64,000 nt of DNA from assembly GCA_965221775.1 (NCBI GenBank), contig CBDCSU010000006.1:1792001-1856000 (forward strand), in the 5' to 3' direction. Each line of letters starts with the position of its first letter. Position 1 is the first letter of the stretch. Below are positions 58,881 to 64,000 of this stretch, in pieces. Both the position numbers and the translations under genes were made by a program. This stretch comes from Candidatus Latescibacterota bacterium. GTDB lineage: Bacteria; Latescibacterota; UBA2968; UBA8231. The notes beneath the pieces are model-generated. The model did no database searches. It was given only the letters and a program-made list of their open reading frames with translations, and was not told the DNA's origin.

Positions 58881-60154
58881 AGGTGACCGGAGTGGAGCGG
58901 ATCCTGGTGGACGTGCCGTTCACCGAACGCCAGCGGCGCATCACCCAGCGCACCGTGTACAACTGGTCGATCCTGGAGCTGTGCCGGGTCACCGCCGACA
59001 GCGGCCACGTGGGCTGGGGCGAGACCGTCGTCCACTACACCCACCAGCGGGTGACCGACGCCAGCGTCCGCCGCGTCACCGGCGCCAGCGCGGCCGAGAT
59101 GCTCTGGGAGGACGGCCTCGGCGCGGGCCTCCAGATGGCCCTCTTCGACCTCGTGGGACGGATCGCAGAGGTCCCCGTGCACCGGCTGTTGGGCGCCAGG
59201 GTGCGGGATGCCACGCCGATCTCGTGGTGGTGCAGCCACGCCTCGCCGGAGGACTGGGCCGCCGAGTCCCGCGACGCGGTGGCCGCCGGGTACACCAGCT
59301 TCAAGAACAAGCCGCGCCCCTGGTGGGACGTGTACGCCCAGGTCGAGGCGGTGACGGCGGCGACGCCGCCCCACTTCAAGCTCGATCTGGATCCCAACGG
59401 CATGCTGGTCAACTCCGCCCAGGCCGTGCCCGTGCTGGCCCGCCTGGCCGCCTGCGACCAGGTGGCCATGTTCGAGACGCCGATCCCCCAGAACGACGTG
59501 GCCGGGAACCGCCAGATCCGCCGCTCCGTGCCGCGGCCCATCGCCATGCACTTCGGCAGTCCACCGTACGTCACGGCCGTGCGCGAGGAGGTCTGCGACG
59601 GCTTCGTGATCAACGGCGGCGCCTCCCGGGTGATGCGTCAGGGGGCGCTGGCCGCCGAGGCGCAGATGCCGTTCTGGCTGCAGCTGGTCGGCAACGGCCT
59701 GACCACCATCTGGGCCGCCCATCTCGGCGCCGTGCTCAGCCACGCCACCTGGCCGACGATCAGCTGCATCAACCTCTACACCGAACACCTGCTCACGGAG
59801 CCGGTGACGGTCAGCGGCGGTTACCAGCCCGTACCGGAGGGACCGGGGCTGGGCGTCGAGATCGACGAGGAGGCGGTGCAGCGGTTCCGGGTGCCGGCGG
59901 AGTCGCTCGACGCCCTGGCGCCGGGGCAGGTCTACACCCACCCGAGACCGCGGATCATCAACACCGTGGTCTTCCCCGACGGGACGCGGGTGCACACCGG
60001 CGTCATGGGCGCGGGTCCGGCCGGGGCGGGGCCCGGGTGGTCGGAGGGCGTGCGTGTGGAGCCGGCCTGGGAGGACGACGGCTCGAAGGAGTGGGCCGGG
60101 CTTTGGGAGCGGGTCAGAGACGGCGGCGTCGTGCGCGCCGGGAGGGACTCATGA
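58877..60154 (+). CDS. Divergent enolase-superfamily (MR/MLE-like) protein with C-terminal extension
   Basis: GWGET, MALFDL.G, FKNKP, DPN, FETP, PEGPGLGVEIDE. Confidence 0.78.
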   Translation: MKVTGVERILVDVPFTERQRRITQRTVYNWSILELCRVTADSGHVGWGETVVHYTHQRVTDASVRRVTGASAAEMLWEDGLGAGLQMALFDLVGRIAEVPVHRLLGARVRDATPISWWCSHASPEDWAAESRDAVAAGYTSFKNKPRPWWDVYAQVEAVTAATPPHFKLDLDPNGMLVNSAQAVPVLARLAACDQVAMFETPIPQNDVAGNRQIRRSVPRPIAMHFGSPPYVTAVREEVCDGFVINGGASRVMRQGALAAEAQMPFWLQLVGNGLTTIWAAHLGAVLSHATWPTISCINLYTEHLLTEPVTVSGGYQPVPEGPGLGVEIDEEAVQRFRVPAESLDALAPGQVYTHPRPRIINTVVFPDGTRVHTGVMGAGPAGAGPGWSEGVRVEPAWEDDGSKEWAGLWERVRDGGVVRAGRDS

Positions 60155-62010
60155 GAGAAGACTTGGGCAACGGCTTCAACCACCACGGGGTGGCCACGCC
60201 GGTGAGCAACCACCGCGGAACGGCGGCCACGGTCGACGGCGCCGGCCGCAACGTGGTGCTCCTCTGGCTCTACGACCACCGCGGCTGCTACGCGCTGCTG
60301 CAGATCGACGCCGGCACCGGCGAGTCCCTCGAGGTGCCCGTGCCCTTCGATCCGGGCGGCGACTGCCCCTTCGCATCGATCCTGTCGACGCGGAACCGGT
60401 TCTACACCCACTTCAACAGTCACTTCTGCGAGTACGACCCCGCGGCCCGGGAGTTCACCTTCCACCACCGCACGGTGCCCCAGATGGCCATGGGCATGAC
60501 GGAGGACGACGACGGCCGCATCTGGCTGGCCAGCTACCCGGACTCGGGCGTCGCCTGCTTCGATCCGGGGGTGCGTGCCTTCCGCGACTACGGCCACGTG
60601 TACCACCAGAACTGGCGCCAGTACCAGCGCTCGATCGCCGCCGACGACAGCGGCTGGATCTACTTCGCCGTGGGCAACACCTCGAGCCAGATCGTGGCCC
60701 TCGAGCCGGACGGCGGCGAGGCGAGGCCGCTGCTGGCCGAGGAGGAGCGGCACCAGGGCTCGGCCCACGTCTACCGCGACGAGGACGGACGCGTGTACGG
60801 GCAGGCGAGGGCCGGCTCCGAGGGGGACTGGCTGCGGCTCTACAAGGGGGAGGCCGAGGCGATCGGACGCCACGAGAACCGCCGGCCCAAGGCGATCATC
60901 GCCGGCAGCCAGGGGCTGTTCCACCGCGACTTCCCGGACGGCGCCAGGCTGCTGGTCTGCGACACGGTTGAGAAGCGCATGGTCGTCCAGGACGCGGACG
61001 GCGGCCGCCGCGAGATGTCCTTCGACTACACCAGCGAGGGCGCCCACATCATGGGCCTGGCGGCGGCGCCGGACGGCACGATCTGCGGCGGCACCGCCTT
61101 TCCCATGCGGTTCTTCCGCTACGACCCCGCCGCCGACGAGTGGACGAACCGCGAAGCCTTCGGCCAGTGGAACACGGTGCGCGCCACCGGCGACCGCTTC
61201 TTCGTCGGCGGCTACGGGGGCGGCTTCCTGCTGGAGTGGGACCCGGCGCGCGACTGGGTGGCCACCGAGAAGGGCGACGAGAGCGGCAACCCGCGCTGGT
61301 GGACGCAGTGCTCGCCGGCGATCAACCGCCCCCACTGCCTGCTGGCCACGGCCGATGACCGGTGGGTCGTCCTCGGCGGCACCCCGGGCTACGGGTACAC
61401 CGGCGGCGGCCTGCTGATCTGGGACCGCGCCGCCAAGGAGGGCCGGCTCCTGGAGCACACGGAGCTGGTGCCGGAGCAGGCGCCCCACAGCCTGGCGGAG
61501 CTGCCCGGTGGACAGGTGCTGGTGGGCATGACCGTGGCGCCCGGCACCGGCGGGGAGCAGAAGGCACAGCGGGCGGAGATGGTCATCGTCGACCTCGAGG
61601 AGGGAGCCGTGACCTGGCGAGGGGTGGTCCTGGAGAAGGCCGCGTCGTACACCGACCTGTCCGCGGGACCGGACGGCCTGGTCCTCGGCTTCGCGGACTC
61701 GGCGCGGCTCTTCGCCTTCGACCCGGCGTCGCGGCAGGTGGTGCAGGAGCTGGACGTGGAGGCGCAGCTGGGGCGAACCTGCGGCCAGCAGGGGCCGCGG
61801 GTCTTCGTGACCGGCCCGGCCGGTGAGCGCTTCGTGCTGCTGCGGCGGGGCGTGGCCGAGATCGTCGACGAGGGCGCGGGAGCGGACCGCTTCGGCATCC
61901 GCCTGCGGGCGGAGTCGCCCGTGCCCATCGGTCCGGGAGGCGATCACCTCGACGGCCGCGTCTACTTCGGCAGCGGCTCCCACGTCTACTCCTGGGGGGT
62001 GAGCGGGTGA
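60151..62010 (+). CDS. Hypothetical beta-propeller protein
   Basis: Recurrent blade motifs (DDDGRIW, DDSGWIY, DEDGRVY, APDGTIC, GPDGLVL, LDGRVYF; xxDP turns); coupled into the operon. Confidence 0.65.
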   Translation: MREDLGNGFNHHGVATPVSNHRGTAATVDGAGRNVVLLWLYDHRGCYALLQIDAGTGESLEVPVPFDPGGDCPFASILSTRNRFYTHFNSHFCEYDPAAREFTFHHRTVPQMAMGMTEDDDGRIWLASYPDSGVACFDPGVRAFRDYGHVYHQNWRQYQRSIAADDSGWIYFAVGNTSSQIVALEPDGGEARPLLAEEERHQGSAHVYRDEDGRVYGQARAGSEGDWLRLYKGEAEAIGRHENRRPKAIIAGSQGLFHRDFPDGARLLVCDTVEKRMVVQDADGGRREMSFDYTSEGAHIMGLAAAPDGTICGGTAFPMRFFRYDPAADEWTNREAFGQWNTVRATGDRFFVGGYGGGFLLEWDPARDWVATEKGDESGNPRWWTQCSPAINRPHCLLATADDRWVVLGGTPGYGYTGGGLLIWDRAAKEGRLLEHTELVPEQAPHSLAELPGGQVLVGMTVAPGTGGEQKAQRAEMVIVDLEEGAVTWRGVVLEKAASYTDLSAGPDGLVLGFADSARLFAFDPASRQVVQELDVEAQLGRTCGQQGPRVFVTGPAGERFVLLRRGVAEIVDEGAGADRFGIRLRAESPVPIGPGGDHLDGRVYFGSGSHVYSWGVSG

Positions 62011-62834
62011 GGGCCCCCGTCATCGACGGCGCCGAGCACGCCTGGGTCCTGAACAACGAACGTTTCCCCATCGACCCGGCCGTCTCCAGCTGCCCGCGGG
62101 CCATGCCCGATCACGAGCAGTCGGGGGAGGACCTGATCGCCCTGATGCAGCAGCACGGCGTCGACCGCACCGTGATCAGCCACGTCTGCTACTACGGCCG
62201 CAACAACGACTACGCCGTGCACTGCGTGAAGCGGTGGCCGGAGCGCTTCGCGGCGATCGGCCTGCTCGTCGGCGCGCGGCTCTTTCCGCCCCACGACGCC
62301 GAGCGCAACGCCGACCGCCTGGAGCAACTCGTCGTCGAGGGCGGGCTCTCCGGGCTGCGGCTGAGCCCGATCTACGACCGCGACGTGACCTGGCTGAACG
62401 ACCCCGTCTGCGATCCCCTGTGGCGCAAGGCCGCCGACCTCGGCGCCACCTTCAACATCTTCCTGGGCCCGGAGCAGGTCGGCCAGGTGGGCGACATGGC
62501 GGGCCGGCACCCCGGCGTCGACGTCGTCATCGACCACTTCGCCATGATCGACATCGACCATCCCGACGAGGAGGGCATCGGCCCCCTGCTGGACCTGCAC
62601 CGGCTGCCCAACGTCTACATCCGCACCTCCCTCCACAATCCATCCCGCCAGAAGTTGCCCTTCCGGGACATGTGGCCGTACCTCCGGCGTGTTTACGACG
62701 CCTTCGGCCCCGAGCGGATGCTGTGGGCCAACTACTACGAGTACCTGATCATGGCGGAGATGATCGACTTCTTCACCGCCGCCGACCGCGAGCACATCCT
62801 CGGCGGCACGGCGCAGAGGCTCTACTTCCGATGA
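62007..62834 (+). CDS. Amidohydrolase_2 family protein
   Basis: IDGAEHAW, VIDHFA, PNVY, FGPERMLWANY, GTAQRLY. Confidence 0.8.
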   Translation: MRAPVIDGAEHAWVLNNERFPIDPAVSSCPRAMPDHEQSGEDLIALMQQHGVDRTVISHVCYYGRNNDYAVHCVKRWPERFAAIGLLVGARLFPPHDAERNADRLEQLVVEGGLSGLRLSPIYDRDVTWLNDPVCDPLWRKAADLGATFNIFLGPEQVGQVGDMAGRHPGVDVVIDHFAMIDIDHPDEEGIGPLLDLHRLPNVYIRTSLHNPSRQKLPFRDMWPYLRRVYDAFGPERMLWANYYEYLIMAEMIDFFTAADREHILGGTAQRLYFR

Positions 62835-63205
62835 GGGGGCGGGACCGGAACTCCGAGCTGGTCTATTCCACGGGAACCGGCGACGTCCGTGGGGAGACCC
62901 CCCGGCGCCGGAAGGACACGCGGCGCGGCGGCACGGGGAGGCCAGCCGCGCAGGCTGCGCCGGCGGACGGCATCGTCCGCGTCGGCCGCGAGACCAGGGG
63001 GCGCAAGGGCAAGGGGGTGACGGTCCTGACCGGCCTGCCGGTCAGCGGCCGGGAGCTGGAGGCGCTGGCCCGGGAGCTGAAGGCCCTGTGCGGCGCCGGC
63101 GGCACGGTGCGGTGCGGGGTCGTGGAGATCCAGGGGGATCACCGGGACCGCCTCGTGCGGGCCCTGGAGGAGAGGGGATGGCGGGCGAAACGGAGCGGAG
63201 GATGA
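62831..63205 (+). CDS. yciH: SUI1/eIF1-like translation factor YciH
   Basis: LVYST, RETRGRKGKGVT, LKALCGAGGTV...IEIQGDHRD-like motif, C-terminal KRSGG. Confidence 0.9.
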   Translation: MRGRDRNSELVYSTGTGDVRGETPRRRKDTRRGGTGRPAAQAAPADGIVRVGRETRGRKGKGVTVLTGLPVSGRELEALARELKALCGAGGTVRCGVVEIQGDHRDRLVRALEERGWRAKRSGG

Positions 63206-64000
63206 GGGTGCGTCGGAAGGTCCTGATCGGGTACTTCTTCCAGGAGACGTCCCACTTCAACCCCGGCCTCACCACGCGAGACCGCTTCGACATCTCCCGC
63301 GGCGAGGAGCTGATCGAGCGCTACGCGGGGACCAACACCTACGTCGCCGGCGGTCTCGACGTCTTCAAGGAGGAAGGCGTCGACGTGGTCCCGACGTACG
63401 GCGCCTCCTCCGTGACCTCGGGCGGTCCCGTGCCGGCCCCCGATCTGGACGGCATGACCGACGAGATGCTGGAGGCGGTCGCCGCGGCCAGGGATGCGGA
63501 CGGGGCCTACATCGCCTTTCACGGAGCCATGGCCGGCACCGAGGAGCACGACCCGGAGGGCCGCATCCTGGAGCAGCTGCGGAGCATGATGGGAGACAAG
63601 CCGATCGTCGCCTCGTACGACCTTCACGCCATTCTGACGGACCGCCTCGTGCGCTCGGCCGATGTCACCGTGGCCCTGCATACCTATCCGCACACCGACA
63701 TGCGGCTCACCGGGCAGCGCGCGGCGGCAGCTCTGGTGCGGCTCCTTCAGGGGGGCGCGCGGCCGACAGCGGCCCAGGTCAAGCTCCCCATGCTCGTCCG
63801 CGGCGACGAGCTGATCACGGAGACCGGGCTCTTCGGCCAGGCCATCGACCGCTGCAAGGCCTTCGAGTCGGACGAGAAGGGGCTGTCGGCGCTGGTGAAC
63901 ATCGGCAACCCCTTCACCGACGTGCCTGAGCTGCGTACGAACACCCTGGTCACCAGCGACGGCGAGCCGCAGATGGCGCGCGACCTGGCCGAGGAGCTGG
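63202..64000 (+). CDS. M81 family metallopeptidase (MlrC-like), 3' end off the window
   Basis: Manual translation: FQETSHFNP, FHGAM, DPEG, YDLHA, TYPHTDM, PFTDVPE. Confidence 0.85.
   Translation, partial: MRVRRKVLIGYFFQETSHFNPGLTTRDRFDISRGEELIERYAGTNTYVAGGLDVFKEEGVDVVPTYGASSVTSGGPVPAPDLDGMTDEMLEAVAAARDADGAYIAFHGAMAGTEEHDPEGRILEQLRSMMGDKPIVASYDLHAILTDRLVRSADVTVALHTYPHTDMRLTGQRAAAALVRLLQGGARPTAAQVKLPMLVRGDELITETGLFGQAIDRCKAFESDEKGLSALVNIGNPFTDVPELRTNTLVTSDGEPQMARDLAEEL

Overview
This is a high-GC bacterial chromosome segment spanning the replication origin. Left arm (minus strand): frdABC, rng-rplU-rpmA, a PIP-synthase-like gene-tmk-ctpA, and rsmG-mnmE-yidC-yidD-rnpA-rpmH. Two parS sites sit where mnmG normally lies, and no parAB is present. 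The plus strand then carries dnaA-oriC-dnaN-recF-dciA-gyrB-gyrA, three tRNAs (Ser, Ser, Gln), a sugar ABC importer, fumC, a sulfatase, aspartokinase, addBA, purM, a PolB-type 3'-5' exonuclease, a Fic protein and a sigma-70 factor. The last 22 kb hold redox genes, two ABC-2 permeases and a dense catabolic region (PhyH dioxygenases, amidohydrolases, enolase-superfamily enzymes, sulfatase, CocE, MlrC). This content resembles Latescibacterota/Poribacteria-like heterotrophs, which is an inference only. I saw no CRISPR array, transposase, integrase or prophage. The most unusual signals read from the sequence are: (1) a 42-aa insertion in CtpA that aligns without gaps to the C-gate of this genome's GyrA; (2) beta-clamp-binding-like motifs in AddB and in a nearby stand-alone proofreading-type exonuclease; (3) a second DnaA-box cluster about 6 kb from oriC; (4) near-identical promoters ahead of rplU and rpmH; (5) a gyrase with substitutions at both quinolone and aminocoumarin contact residues; (6) a PhyH-family enzyme lacking the carboxylate iron ligand. 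All annotation is by eye from motifs and synteny; no database searches were run.
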